Shown: piece by piece, positions 15,726-26,303 of the stretch
Layout: each line of letters opens with the position of its first letter
Position numbering within the stretch: the stretch's first letter is position 1
Made by a program: the position numbers and the translations under genes
IMG/VR virus record: IMGVR_UViG_3300020056_002227
Span: 32,001-96,000 of that record
Direction: 5' to 3' (one strand)
Length of the DNA: 64,000 nucleotides
From: a virus
The notes under the pieces: model-generated
Database searches by the model: none
Told to the model about the DNA's origin: nothing
The model's input: only the letters and a program-made list of their open reading frames with translations

Positions 15726-17555
15726 ATGAAACAGACCGAAGAGTTCCGAATTCTAACAGCGAGACAACACGTCCGTGAACGGATCGGTATGTATATGGGT
15801 TCATCTTCTAAAGAGGAGATCGAACGTTTCGTGCTGGGACAGTGGAAGAAAGCCACGTACGTTCCTGCACTATCGAAGATGGTAGATGAGATCCTCGACA
15901 ATGCGATCGATGAAGCGATTCGAACCAATTTCAAATTCGCCAATAAGATTAATGTATCTATAGATGGCAACAAGGTGATCGTTACTGACAACGGTCGAGG
16001 CATTCCCCAAGATGAGGTGTATGATGAGACGTCGGGTCAAAAGATCCTGCGGCCCGTTGCAGCGTGGACCAAGGTCAATGCAGGTACTTCATTTGATGAT
16101 GAAAGGGTAACGATCGGCACAAACGGTGTCGGGTCTGCTGCCACCAATTTCCTATCGGCCCAGTTTATCGGCCGCACCTGGCAGAACGGCAACCTCATCG
16201 AGGTCAAATGTAAGGGTGGTGCTGAACATACCGATGTAAAAGAGAAACAGCGAGATGGGTCAGGTACGGAGGTGACCTTTGTTGCTGATTTTGACCTTTT
16301 CGAGGTTGACAGTCTTGATGAGCTAGATACGGTCGCTCTGATTGAGGATCGATTGATCAGCCTTCAAATGGCCTTTCCTGAGATTGCATTCTCTTTCAAT
16401 AAGCGCCGAGTAAAGGTATCAGACCTCAAGAGATATGCAGCTCTGTACAGTGAATCATGCGTGATTGAGAAATCGAATAACCTGTCATTCTTCTTTGCAC
16501 CGTCTGAAGATGGTTTTCGAACCAACAGCTATGTAAATGGTGTGAATACTCGACAGGGTGGAACCTACGTCGACTACATCGTTAATGGTGTGATTGAAGA
16601 ATTAGTGTCGATGATCAAACGGAAGCACAAGGTTGAGGTAGCAAAGACTACGATCAAAGGTGGTCTCACCTTCATCAAATTCAGCCGTAATTTCATCAAC
16701 CCCAAATTCGACAGTCAGACGAAAGAACGGTTGACCAATCCCATGTCAAATGTACGAGATCATTTCGAAGCAGCTGGGGTTAAAGATTTCCAGGCCCTTG
16801 CTCGAAAGATTATGGGTACTCCCGATATCATTGACCCGATTATCGAGGCCCAACTAGCCAAGAAGATTGCAGCTGATAAACGTGCTGCAACACTTGCTCA
16901 GAAAAAGCTTCGAAAGGCCAAAGTGGCAAAACACATATCTGCTAACAGTGAAGATGCCACCCTTAAGATTGTCGAGGGTGATTCGGCCATGGGGTTCCTA
17001 TTGAAGGTTCGGGATCCCAATAAGGTCGGGGCTTACCCTCTTCGTGGTGTCATTATGAACACCTGGGATATGGCTCCGGCCAATGTATTGAAGAACAAGG
17101 AATTGAGTGAATTGGTAGCCGTGTTGGGGTTAGATATCAACGACCCAGATAGTGTCGATAATATGACCTATCGAAACGTTGCAACTCTAACCGATGCTGA
17201 CCATGACGGTATTGGTCATATCAGCCCTCTACTGATTGCCTTCTTCTACAAATTCTGGCCTCGACTGCTCAGCGAGAAGAGAGTCAAGATAACCAGAACA
17301 CCTATAATGATCTCTACAAAGGGCACGGATGTTAAGTGGTTCTATACCTATGAAGAGGCTAATTCATTCAAGGCGGAGAACACCAGCTGGAAACATAGAT
17401 ATATCAAAGGCTTGGGATCTCTCCGTGAAGATGAATACAACAGTATTATTAATGATCCGGTCTACGATACCGTGACAGTTGATGATGCTTCAATTTTCCA
17501 AATGATGTTTGGTTCTGATGCTCAATTACGAAAGGAGTTCATGTTCAATGGTTGA
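15726..17555 (+). CDS. 39: Type II topoisomerase large subunit (gp39+60 in one ORF)
   Basis: EILDNAIDE, DNGRGIP, GTNGVG, VEGDSA, PLRG, DADHDG, YIKGLGS. Confidence 0.96.
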   Translation: MKQTEEFRILTARQHVRERIGMYMGSSSKEEIERFVLGQWKKATYVPALSKMVDEILDNAIDEAIRTNFKFANKINVSIDGNKVIVTDNGRGIPQDEVYDETSGQKILRPVAAWTKVNAGTSFDDERVTIGTNGVGSAATNFLSAQFIGRTWQNGNLIEVKCKGGAEHTDVKEKQRDGSGTEVTFVADFDLFEVDSLDELDTVALIEDRLISLQMAFPEIAFSFNKRRVKVSDLKRYAALYSESCVIEKSNNLSFFFAPSEDGFRTNSYVNGVNTRQGGTYVDYIVNGVIEELVSMIKRKHKVEVAKTTIKGGLTFIKFSRNFINPKFDSQTKERLTNPMSNVRDHFEAAGVKDFQALARKIMGTPDIIDPIIEAQLAKKIAADKRAATLAQKKLRKAKVAKHISANSEDATLKIVEGDSAMGFLLKVRDPNKVGAYPLRGVIMNTWDMAPANVLKNKELSELVAVLGLDINDPDSVDNMTYRNVATLTDADHDGIGHISPLLIAFFYKFWPRLLSEKRVKITRTPIMISTKGTDVKWFYTYEEANSFKAENTSWKHRYIKGLGSLREDEYNSIINDPVYDTVTVDDASIFQMMFGSDAQLRKEFMFNG

Positions 17556-18912
17556 TATCACCGCGTTTGCTGAAGAGGTCAACAATACAAACGACTACCC
17601 AATCTCGGCTGTTGCCAAGAATGAGTGGTTGTCTTTTGCCAAATACACCGTAGAGGCTCGAGCAATCCCTAACATGATTGATGGGATGAAACCTGTTCAG
17701 AGGTTCTACCTCTACTCATCGATTATGAATTCCAAGCGAGATTTCAAAAAGGTCTCTGCTGTATCTGGTATCATTTCTGATTATGGATACAATCATGGTG
17801 AATCCTCTGCTGCTGGTGCTGGACAGTTAATGGCTGCAGAATGGAATAACAATATCTGCCTGGTAGAAGGTCGTGGTTCGTTTGGTACACGATTGATTCA
17901 AGAAGCTGGTGCACCTCGATACGTCTACACCCGACTCCACGAAAACTTTGACCGGTACATTAAAGACATTGATTTGTCCCCGAAACACGAAGACCCAGAA
18001 CACGAACCCCCGGCATTCTATCTACCCACAATCCCTCTGGTTTTGGCAAATGGTACGAAGGGTATTGCAACTGGATTTGCAACTAACATCTTACCTCGAT
18101 GCCCGAAAGATTTGCTCAAAAAGTGCGAAGACTACGTTACCTTCGGTAAGATTACACGAAACCCCAAAATCAAGTTTCCCGATTTTACCGGCAAGGTCTT
18201 GGCTGATCCTGAATCACCCAACAAGTGGATTGCATATGGCTCCTACGAGAAGACCTCGAAGACCGTAATGCAGATTACTGAGGTACCCTATGGGTTCGAC
18301 CGAGAATCATATGTAAAGGTCTTGGATAAACTCGAAGAAGATGGTGATATCGTCGGGTACGATGATCTATGTGATAAGAACGGTTTCCGTTTCGAAGTAA
18401 AATTGAAACAGGTCACATCAGCAAAATGGAATGATGCAAAGATCATTTCCAAATTCAAGCTCAGTAAGTCGTTTGTGGAGAACCTTACTGTGATCGACTT
18501 CGATGGCAAACTTCGTGAATATGATGACCCTCGACAACTGATTGCTGACTTCTGCGAATATCGTCTGGGTGTTTTGTCTCAACGAATTGATTTGAAAAAG
18601 AGTGAACTTGAAGAATTGAACCGATGGTTGAATATTAAGATTCAGTTCATTCAAGCAGTACTGGATAACCAAATTGAGTTTAAAAACAAAAAGAAGGCAC
18701 AGGTTGGAAAGCAGATTCTTCAAAACACGGATGCAATGGAAACTGATGTTGATCGTCTGCTCCGTATAAATATTATGAGCCTCACCGATGAGATGGTGAA
18801 AGATCTCAAAAAAGAAATTGCCCAAGCCAAGAAAGACCTGGCCTTTTGGAAAAAAGAAACACCAAAGAACCAGTTTATCTCCGACCTTGACGAATTGCGG
18901 AATCAAAAATGA
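17548..18912 (+). CDS. 52: Type II topoisomerase medium subunit gp52
   Basis: RAIPNMIDGMKPVQR, YNHGESS, GAPRY catalytic Tyr, GIATGF. Confidence 0.96.
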   Translation: MVDITAFAEEVNNTNDYPISAVAKNEWLSFAKYTVEARAIPNMIDGMKPVQRFYLYSSIMNSKRDFKKVSAVSGIISDYGYNHGESSAAGAGQLMAAEWNNNICLVEGRGSFGTRLIQEAGAPRYVYTRLHENFDRYIKDIDLSPKHEDPEHEPPAFYLPTIPLVLANGTKGIATGFATNILPRCPKDLLKKCEDYVTFGKITRNPKIKFPDFTGKVLADPESPNKWIAYGSYEKTSKTVMQITEVPYGFDRESYVKVLDKLEEDGDIVGYDDLCDKNGFRFEVKLKQVTSAKWNDAKIISKFKLSKSFVENLTVIDFDGKLREYDDPRQLIADFCEYRLGVLSQRIDLKKSELEELNRWLNIKIQFIQAVLDNQIEFKNKKKAQVGKQILQNTDAMETDVDRLLRINIMSLTDEMVKDLKKEIAQAKKDLAFWKKETPKNQFISDLDELRNQK

Positions 18913-19400
18913 TTACTAACTACCTATCACCGGCATCATTTACAATCTCAATTGAGAGATTGCCAAACGTAGAGTTCTTCACACAGACTCTTACGATCCC
19001 GGATATCTCTACCTCTCCGGTCGAGGTAGCAAATCCACTAAAGGCACTGTATGCGACCGGTGATCGTGTCACCTATGGTGACCTAGACCTCAGCTTTGTC
19101 GTCGACGAAGATATGAATAACTATCTTGAGATTTTGGGTTGGCTCGAAGGTATTGGTTTCCCCGATGATAGCAATCAGTATAAGGCTCTTGAGAGTAGTA
19201 AAGCTGGTATTGTAAGTGATATTCGGGTGATCATTCAAAACAGCCACAAAAACCCGAACATAGAATTCGTATTCACAAACGCATTCCCCACAAGTATGTC
19301 GAGTGTCGAACTCGATATATCTCAATCTGATATCACATACCCAAAGGCAAATGTCTCATTTCGATATGATGATTTTAAAGTGAACAAAATTAATCGTTGA
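18909..19400 (+). CDS. 3: Tail completion / sheath stabiliser gp3
   Basis: NYLSP..F...LPNVEFF...YGDLDLSFVVDEDMNNYLEI; upstream of uvsY-uvsW as in marine T4-likes. Confidence 0.8.
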   Translation: MITNYLSPASFTISIERLPNVEFFTQTLTIPDISTSPVEVANPLKALYATGDRVTYGDLDLSFVVDEDMNNYLEILGWLEGIGFPDDSNQYKALESSKAGIVSDIRVIIQNSHKNPNIEFVFTNAFPTSMSSVELDISQSDITYPKANVSFRYDDFKVNKINR

Positions 19401-19425
19401 CAGCCTGGTTAAAACTTGATATAAT
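19397..19425 (+). promoter_or_regulatory. sigma70-type promoter
   Basis: TTGACA-17 bp-TATAAT. Confidence 0.85.
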
Positions 19426-19433
19426 GATGAATT

Positions 19434-19976
19434 ATGAAACCAGTAATTCTATACAAGCACTTTGATCAAAAATTTGTCGATGAGATTTTAGCATTCCGAA
19501 CAGGATCGAGTTGGTTCAAAGGTCATATTCAGACCCAACCCAACTGGCCTACGATATATGATCCTATGACTCGACAAGTAGACTGTATCGAAATCAACGA
19601 TCAGTCCGTAAAGGACTTGCTATTCAAAGCAGCCCAAGAATATAACGATGGTATGGATATCACCCATATCGGCGAAGTACATCTTCTACGATATAATACT
19701 GGTGGTAAATTTATATGGCATTCAGATGTTTTAGAGAAAAGAGAACATCAAAGAAAGCTTACAATGGTCGTTCAGCTGTCAGAGCCAGAAAATTATGAAG
19801 GTGGAAAATTACAGGTTGCTGGGTTTGGAATGGAACCGTTTAGACATCTTGGTGATCTAACCATCTTCCCTTCTAATATGAGGCACAGGGTAACACCGGT
19901 TACCAAGGGAGTTCGATATTCCCTTATCACATGGATTTACGGACCTCCCCGACCATTAGATGAGGATTGGCACTAG
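19434..19976 (+). CDS. 2OG-Fe(II) oxygenase (prolyl-4-hydroxylase-like)
   Basis: WHSD...RKLT...YEGG...IFPS..HRVTPVTKGVRYSL. Confidence 0.9.
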   Translation: MKPVILYKHFDQKFVDEILAFRTGSSWFKGHIQTQPNWPTIYDPMTRQVDCIEINDQSVKDLLFKAAQEYNDGMDITHIGEVHLLRYNTGGKFIWHSDVLEKREHQRKLTMVVQLSEPENYEGGKLQVAGFGMEPFRHLGDLTIFPSNMRHRVTPVTKGVRYSLITWIYGPPRPLDEDWH

Positions 19977-19985
19977 GAGTTTATA

Positions 19986-20423
19986 ATGAGTACTGAAGAC
20001 ATAAGTGAAATGTGGTCAAAGGATGCACCGATTGATGAAACCGATCTCGTATCTGAAAGTCGTCGAATACCCAAACTACACAGCAAATACTATAATATGT
20101 ATTTCAAAGAAGTTTTGCGTATTAAGAAATTGAAAGCAGAATACAAGCAATTAGAACACGACAAACGAGAATACTATGATGGGTCTATGGCTGAAGAGGA
20201 TCTGAAAGATCGTGGCTGGAGACCATACCAGAAAAAGGTTTTGCGAAATGAGGTCGACAAATATATCCAGGCAGATAAAGATATCATCCAGCACAGTTTA
20301 AAGATTGACTATCATACTGCTCGAGCATCTTATTTCGAAGACATCATTAAGATGATTCACTCTCGCAATTTCATTATTAAGAATATGCTGGATGTAATGA
20401 AATTCCAGTCCGGCGATTATTGA
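19986..20423 (+). CDS. uvsY: Recombination mediator UvsY
   Basis: IPKLHSKY...REYYDG...YIQAD...RNFIIKN. Confidence 0.9.
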   Translation: MSTEDISEMWSKDAPIDETDLVSESRRIPKLHSKYYNMYFKEVLRIKKLKAEYKQLEHDKREYYDGSMAEEDLKDRGWRPYQKKVLRNEVDKYIQADKDIIQHSLKIDYHTARASYFEDIIKMIHSRNFIIKNMLDVMKFQSGDY

Positions 20424-20647
20424 TGAAAGAGCAAACTAAGCGAATTCACAAAGAGACATTCACTCAGGTAATTACCGGCATTGTAATTAACTATCCGCTA
20501 AATCTTTTGATGCTCTATACCTTCATAGAGGTCTGGAAAATTCTCGACCCAGTGACAATCAGTATCATGACCACAATTGGATTCACTGTTGTGGCTTACG
20601 CTAGAATCTTTCTGCTCCGTTCCTATTTTTCCAAGAGGTATAAATAG
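20420..20647 (+). CDS. Small two-helix membrane protein
   Basis: Two hydrophobic segments; YARIFLLRSYF. Confidence 0.65.
   Translation: MMKEQTKRIHKETFTQVITGIVINYPLNLLMLYTFIEVWKILDPVTISIMTTIGFTVVAYARIFLLRSYFSKRYK
20639..20646 (+). promoter_or_regulatory. T4 late promoter upstream of uvsW
   Basis: TATAAATA. Confidence 0.65.
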
Positions 20648-20678
20648 GTAAAACGGCAATGAAAGGTTTATCTAAATC

Positions 20679-22172
20679 ATGGGTGACGTGGTCAACGTCG
20701 AATATATCAATTCAGTTCACATGAAAGTTACTGCTGATCCAGGCATTCGACAAGAAATTTCCGAATACTTTTCGTTCAAACCTGAAGGGTGGCAATTCAA
20801 CCCTAAGGTGAGAGCACGTGTTTGGGATGGCACCATTCGTTTGTATCAACCCATGAGACCAACTCTTTATGTGGGTCTATTACCCAAACTGAGAGAATTT
20901 TGCGAAGCCCGAGACTATCACCTGAATGTACCAGATGAGATCGGCTTAGATGAAAAGATCGACGATGATTACGGTATCGAGTTGGCAAAAGAGATCAACT
21001 GCAAATTCATACCTCGTGATTATCAGAATGATTATGTGGTCAATGCACTCCGCAAGCGACGATCTCTGTCATTAAGCCCCACATCATCGGGTAAATCATT
21101 GATCATTTATTTGATCCAGCAGCATTATTACCAGGCGTTTGGCCATCGCACCCTAATCATTGTACCTACAATATCTCTGGTGCACCAGATGGCCGGGGAT
21201 TTTATGGATTATGGTTGTGACGAGAGTTTGATTTACCGAATCCAAGGTGGTATTGATAAGAATACCAAATCACCTATTGTGATCAGTACGTGGCAGTCGA
21301 TTGTGAAACAACCAAAAGATTGGTTTGCACAATTTAGAGTGGTGTTGGGTGATGAGGCACACACATTCCAAGCCAAATCTCTCACCACAATAATGGAAAA
21401 ATTAGTCGACTGTGAGTACCGACACGGATTTACGGGCACATTAAAATCATCTGAAAGTAAAACTCACCAGATGGTGCTGGAGGGGTGTTTCGGCGAAGTG
21501 AAAAGATATGTTGCAACGAAAGACCTAATGGAAGATGGTACCGTTGCTGATTTTGAAGTCAAGGCGATTGTTCTCTCACACTCTAATGACACGCGCAAGG
21601 TGTTCAAAGATGCACTGCGACAGGTGAAAGATAACAGCAGGAAATACCCGGCTGAAAGAGAGTTCATTGTCAATCACGAGAAACGAAATAACTTCATTAA
21701 GAATCTCGTTCATAGCCTAGAAGGTCAAAATAATTTGATTTTATTTGATCTCGTGGAGAAACATGGCAAGATTCTGGAGCCTCTTCTAAGGAAGGAGGGT
21801 AGAGAGCTACATTTCATTTACGGTGGAACAAAGGGAGAGGAACGTGAAAGAATTAGACACTTGGTTGAAAATGATCCTGATAAGAAACATGACATTCTTG
21901 CCTCTTATGGAGTATTTAGTACTGGGGTTAATTTGCGTCGGCTTGATAATGTAATCTTTGCATCAAGCAGTAAATCAGAAATCAAGGTACTTCAGAGTAT
22001 CGGTAGAACACTACGAAAAGGTAATGGATCAGACAAGGCAACACTCTATGACATTACTGATGACCTCAGTGTAGGGTCATTTCAGAACTACACACTCAAG
22101 CACTTTCGACAGCGCATCGACATCTACTCGAACGAACAGTTCAAATTCAAAATCTATACAATCGATATCTAA
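20679..22172 (+). CDS. uvsW: UvsW helicase
   Basis: WDGTIRL, SPTSSGKS, DEAH, GFTGT, LQSIGRTLR. Confidence 0.95.
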   Translation: MGDVVNVEYINSVHMKVTADPGIRQEISEYFSFKPEGWQFNPKVRARVWDGTIRLYQPMRPTLYVGLLPKLREFCEARDYHLNVPDEIGLDEKIDDDYGIELAKEINCKFIPRDYQNDYVVNALRKRRSLSLSPTSSGKSLIIYLIQQHYYQAFGHRTLIIVPTISLVHQMAGDFMDYGCDESLIYRIQGGIDKNTKSPIVISTWQSIVKQPKDWFAQFRVVLGDEAHTFQAKSLTTIMEKLVDCEYRHGFTGTLKSSESKTHQMVLEGCFGEVKRYVATKDLMEDGTVADFEVKAIVLSHSNDTRKVFKDALRQVKDNSRKYPAEREFIVNHEKRNNFIKNLVHSLEGQNNLILFDLVEKHGKILEPLLRKEGRELHFIYGGTKGEERERIRHLVENDPDKKHDILASYGVFSTGVNLRRLDNVIFASSSKSEIKVLQSIGRTLRKGNGSDKATLYDITDDLSVGSFQNYTLKHFRQRIDIYSNEQFKFKIYTIDI

Positions 22173-22180
22173 AATAGTTG

Positions 22181-22209
22181 TTGACTTTTAGCCGAATCTG
22201 GTGTAAAAT
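22181..22209 (+). promoter_or_regulatory. sigma70-type promoter for 55-47-46
   Basis: TTGACT-17 bp-TAAAAT. Confidence 0.7.
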
Positions 22210-22244
22210 GATACCCTAATTTTAATATCGCATTGGAGGTAATA

Positions 22245-22718
22245 ATGGCTAAGAACTATGTAAACAATAAAAGTTTACTGCAAGCCCTCATCGATTACAA
22301 AGCGGCCTGTAAAGAGGCTGAAGATTCTGGTGAACCCAATCCTAAAATTCCAGAATATATCGGGGAGTGTATTTTTCTAATCTCAACCAGACTTGCAACG
22401 AAACCTAACTTCTCTGGCTATTCTTATAAGGATGATATGATCTCTGATGGTATTGAGAACTGCATTCAATATATCCACAATTTTGACCCAGAGAAATCTG
22501 AAAATCCTTTCGCATATTTCACACAGATTATTTGGTTTGCGTTTCTTCGTCGAATCCAAAAAGAAAAGAAGCAAATGTATATCAAGTTCAAGTCCTCTCA
22601 GGCAATGATGACGGAAGCAGCTATCATGGATTCAAGTGACGTTCAGGTGCAACTGAATGAACCACCCGAATACATTGCAGAGTTCATTAAGGAATTTGAG
22701 TCTAAAAACAAAAAATGA
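22245..22718 (+). CDS. 55: Late sigma factor gp55
   Basis: NYVNNK...PNFSGYSY.DDMISDGIENC...NPFAYFTQI. Confidence 0.96.
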   Translation: MAKNYVNNKSLLQALIDYKAACKEAEDSGEPNPKIPEYIGECIFLISTRLATKPNFSGYSYKDDMISDGIENCIQYIHNFDPEKSENPFAYFTQIIWFAFLRRIQKEKKQMYIKFKSSQAMMTEAAIMDSSDVQVQLNEPPEYIAEFIKEFESKNKK

Positions 22719-22725
22719 GGTGTGA

Positions 22726-23787
22726 ATGAAAATTGCAATTGTAACAGATATTCATATTGGGGCTCGAGGTGACAGTAGAATCTTTGCTGATTTCCAGCGC
22801 AAGTTTTTCTTAGAGGTATTCTTTCCCTACCTTGACGAGCATGGTATCACCACAGTGTTCGATCTTGGTGACACATTCGACCGTCGAAAGTATGTTAATT
22901 ATTTGAGTTTGAAGCGTGGCCGTGAGTTTCTTTTTGATGAAATTGCTAAGAGAAACATCGACTTTCATGCGTTGATTGGGAATCACGATACCTATTATAC
23001 AAACACCAATGATGTCAACTCGATGAAGCTTCTGCTTCAAGAATACCCATCATTCAAACTCTACGAGGATAAGGCAGAGCACCTACAACTCGGTTCGACC
23101 AAATTTTTAATGCTTCCTTGGATCAGTAAAGAGAATGCAGAATACAACCTCGATATGGTTGCAAACTCTGATGCTAATGTAGTGATGGGTCATTTAGAAA
23201 TGAAAGGCTTCGAAATGATGAAGGGTTCGGTGTGTGCTCACGGCCTTGATTTGAAATTATTTAAGAATTTTGAGAATGTCTATTCTGGCCATTTTCACCA
23301 TCCATCTCGTTACCAAAACCTAGAGTATCTTGGTGCACCTTATGAAATGACTTGGTCTGATTATGGTGGCTCGAGAGGATTCCATGTATTCGATACTGAG
23401 ACTCGTGAGATGATCAAGGTTGAGAACCCGAATCGAATGTTCCATAAAATTGATTATGACGACGAAGATATGACCATTGAAGAGATTGCATCGCTTGATA
23501 CCTCAATGCTCAAAGATACATATATCAAGGTCATTATTAAGAATCGAACAAACGCTTACCTCTATGACCTTTTCATGAGCAAATTAAATGATGAAGGTGC
23601 GGCCGACGTAAAGGCCATAGACGATGCGCTCAATCTTGAGTCTTCTGGTGTCGAAGAAATACTTGACGAGACCAAAGACACGAAAGAAATTCTACACAAT
23701 TATATTGATTCACTTGAAACGTCAATCGATAAAGGCAAAATCAAATCGATGGTTGACGATCTTTATGTAGAGGCACTTAGCTTATAA
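22726..23787 (+). CDS. 47: Recombination nuclease gp47 (Mre11/SbcD-like)
   Basis: DIHIG, GDTFD, GNHD, GHFH. Confidence 0.95.
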   Translation: MKIAIVTDIHIGARGDSRIFADFQRKFFLEVFFPYLDEHGITTVFDLGDTFDRRKYVNYLSLKRGREFLFDEIAKRNIDFHALIGNHDTYYTNTNDVNSMKLLLQEYPSFKLYEDKAEHLQLGSTKFLMLPWISKENAEYNLDMVANSDANVVMGHLEMKGFEMMKGSVCAHGLDLKLFKNFENVYSGHFHHPSRYQNLEYLGAPYEMTWSDYGGSRGFHVFDTETREMIKVENPNRMFHKIDYDDEDMTIEEIASLDTSMLKDTYIKVIIKNRTNAYLYDLFMSKLNDEGAADVKAIDDALNLESSGVEEILDETKDTKEILHNYIDSLETSIDKGKIKSMVDDLYVEALSL

Positions 23788-23788
23788 T

Positions 23789-25501
23789 ATGAGAATAAAT
23801 TTTAAACGTGTGAGATATAAAAATATCTTATCGACGGGGAATACGTTCACTACAATTGAAATGGATGAGAGTCCCACCACTCTTATCAGTGGTACCAACG
23901 GTAGTGGTAAATCAACATTACTTGATGCAATTGTGTTTGGGCTCTATGGCAAACCATTTCGGAAAATCAATAAACCACAGCTAGTAAATTCAATCAACCA
24001 AAAGGGAATGGTGGTAGAGATTGAATTCACGGTCAGTGGTCATGAGTATTTCATACGCAGAGGAATCAAACCTGCTGTATTTGAGATAATGAAGAACGGT
24101 GAATTGATTGACCAAGATGCAGCCAAACGAGACTACCAGACGTATCTTGAGCAGAACATACTCGGCATCAATTATAAATCTTTCAACCAAATTGTTGTTT
24201 TGGGTAGTGCAACTTATGTACCCTTTATGGAATTGCCTGCTCAAGCCCGCAGAGAAATCATCGAAGATCTACTCGATATTCAGGTGTTCAGTACCATGGG
24301 TATTTTGGCAAAAGAAAGACTCAGCAACAATAAAGATGCTATCAACGAAAACTCTTATCAGGTTGAAATCGTAGAATCCAATATTGCTCTCACCGAAGAC
24401 AATAACGATAAGATCCGTAAGATCCGAGAGACTGAGGTCGAAAAGATCCGTGATAAGATGACTACACATATCAATTCTATCGAAGAAAAGAATGAGTTGA
24501 TTTGTAAGATCAATGATGATATGCAAGAGCTATATGCCACAATCGATGACAAGGTAACTGTAAAAGAAAAATTTACAGAGGCTGGTCGATTGAAACAAGA
24601 CCTCGAGACAAAAAATAAGGCAATCGAAAAGGAATTGAGGTTCTATCACGACAACGATAACTGTCCAACCTGTAAACAGGGAATTGACCATGATTTTAAG
24701 AATAATGTTGTGGAAGAAAAATCAAAGCGGAATTTGGAAATCGAATCTGGCCTACACGATATTGCAGAACAGATCAAAAGGTATCAAGAAAGGCTTGATG
24801 AAATTAGTAAGGTGCAAGACCAAATCCAAGAAAAGAGTTTCGAAACCTCAGAAATTAAGGCCGAAATCAAGTCTTCTAAGAGTGCGCTCAATGCTTTCCG
24901 TGAAGAACTACTCGCCGCAGAGAAAGAGGTTGAAGACGTCGATACATCGACCCTCAAAGGACTACAGGAAAGGTTATCGACGTATCAATCTGAAAGGAAA
25001 GAACTCTTAGATGAGCAGACTACTCTGAATGTGGTATCTACCATTCTGAAAGACGGTGGCATTAAGAGTAGAATCATCGCACAATATATTCCAGTAATGA
25101 ATAAGCTGATCAACAAATACCTCGCCGCATTTGATCTGTTCGTTGATTTCCAGCTGGATGAAAATTTCAATGAGGTAATCAAATCTAGGTTCCGTGACAC
25201 ATTCTCGTATGCTTCATTCTCCGAAGGGGAGAAGCTGAGAATTACCTTATCTATTATGCTTGCCTGGAGATCGGTTGCAAAACTGAGAAACTCAGTATCG
25301 ACCAATCTGCTAATTCTTGACGAGACACTTGATGGTGCACTTGATGGAGTTGGTATTGAGAACCTCATTGAGACTTTACACGGCCTGAACTCTGATGACA
25401 ACATTTTCGTTATCAGCCACAGAGGTGATCAATTCGCAGAGAAGTTTGCCTCTCATGTTAAATTTAAGAAGATAAAGAACTTTAGTGAGGTTGCAGCATG
25501 A
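23789..25501 (+). CDS. 46: Recombination ATPase gp46 (Rad50/SbcC-like)
   Basis: GTNGSGKS, CPTC zinc hook, FSEGE, LILDE, ISH. Confidence 0.95.
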   Translation: MRINFKRVRYKNILSTGNTFTTIEMDESPTTLISGTNGSGKSTLLDAIVFGLYGKPFRKINKPQLVNSINQKGMVVEIEFTVSGHEYFIRRGIKPAVFEIMKNGELIDQDAAKRDYQTYLEQNILGINYKSFNQIVVLGSATYVPFMELPAQARREIIEDLLDIQVFSTMGILAKERLSNNKDAINENSYQVEIVESNIALTEDNNDKIRKIRETEVEKIRDKMTTHINSIEEKNELICKINDDMQELYATIDDKVTVKEKFTEAGRLKQDLETKNKAIEKELRFYHDNDNCPTCKQGIDHDFKNNVVEEKSKRNLEIESGLHDIAEQIKRYQERLDEISKVQDQIQEKSFETSEIKAEIKSSKSALNAFREELLAAEKEVEDVDTSTLKGLQERLSTYQSERKELLDEQTTLNVVSTILKDGGIKSRIIAQYIPVMNKLINKYLAAFDLFVDFQLDENFNEVIKSRFRDTFSYASFSEGEKLRITLSIMLAWRSVAKLRNSVSTNLLILDETLDGALDGVGIENLIETLHGLNSDDNIFVISHRGDQFAEKFASHVKFKKIKNFSEVAA

Positions 25502-26250
25502 AAGGAATTAAAACCCTAAAAACCAAGGGCATGAGTTTCGAAGGATTGGGTGATGATCTGGTAGAACTTCATACTCTCTACATGGAATTCTTCCATAAAA
25601 TGATGTATGATTGGTACTACGAGGTGCAACCGGATGATATTGTGGTTGACATTGGATCGTGTATAGGAATGTTTACGTGTCATGCATTAGACAAAGGTGC
25701 AAAAGAGGTTTATGCAATTGAACCGAACAGAGCACTGCTACGGACTACCCTCTATAATTCTTTCATGCACATATGTAATAATGCCAAATCGCCAGTAATC
25801 CCGATTAACGCATTTGTAGGTACATCAAATGAAAATGGATTTGGTGAATTTGACCCAAACGATGTACCCATGCTAGACTTTAAAGATTTCCTTAAATGGT
25901 ATTATATCGAAAAAATTGATTTTTTGAAAATCGACTGTGAAGGCGGAGAGTACGATATTCTCACCAAAGAAAATCTTCCTTGGATCCAAGAGAACGTAAA
26001 GCATATTGCAGTAGAGGTTCACATGATAAATGAAGAGTCTCGTGAAAAAATCAAGCGGTTCCGTGATGAATTCCTCGTTGGTTTTGAACCTTGGAAAATA
26101 AGGTTCTCGGGAAATGGTATGGCACATAAACTGACAGATAATTTTATTGACAATTATAAGATTGGTGATTGGGGTGGATGCTTCATGGTCTACATCTGTA
26201 ATGAATCTGCGCCACAACTCAAAGACCGACCAGTGGATTTTAAATATTGA
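25498..26250 (+). CDS. FkbM-family SAM methyltransferase
   Basis: VVDIGSCIG, AIEP, LKIDCEGGEY. Confidence 0.85.
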   Translation: MKGIKTLKTKGMSFEGLGDDLVELHTLYMEFFHKMMYDWYYEVQPDDIVVDIGSCIGMFTCHALDKGAKEVYAIEPNRALLRTTLYNSFMHICNNAKSPVIPINAFVGTSNENGFGEFDPNDVPMLDFKDFLKWYYIEKIDFLKIDCEGGEYDILTKENLPWIQENVKHIAVEVHMINEESREKIKRFRDEFLVGFEPWKIRFSGNGMAHKLTDNFIDNYKIGDWGGCFMVYICNESAPQLKDRPVDFKY

Positions 26251-26275
26251 CATTTTGGTCTGCTTGTGATAGAAT
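26247..26275 (+). promoter_or_regulatory. sigma70-type promoter for gp43
   Basis: TTGACA-17 bp-TAGAAT. Confidence 0.8.
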
Positions 26276-26303
26276 ATCACAGTTCATTCAATAAAGGTAT
26301 ATC

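Noticed and set aside
15726-17555. Possible T4 gene 60-style translational bypass or split topoisomerase
   Set aside because: ATPase and TOPRIM motifs lie in one uninterrupted 609-aa ORF
19434-19976. 2OG-Fe(II) oxygenase as the TET/JBP partner of the glycosyltransferases
   Set aside because: Motifs fit the common prolyl-hydroxylase-like phage oxygenases, not TET/JBP, and it lies 9 kb away; not excluded but unsupported
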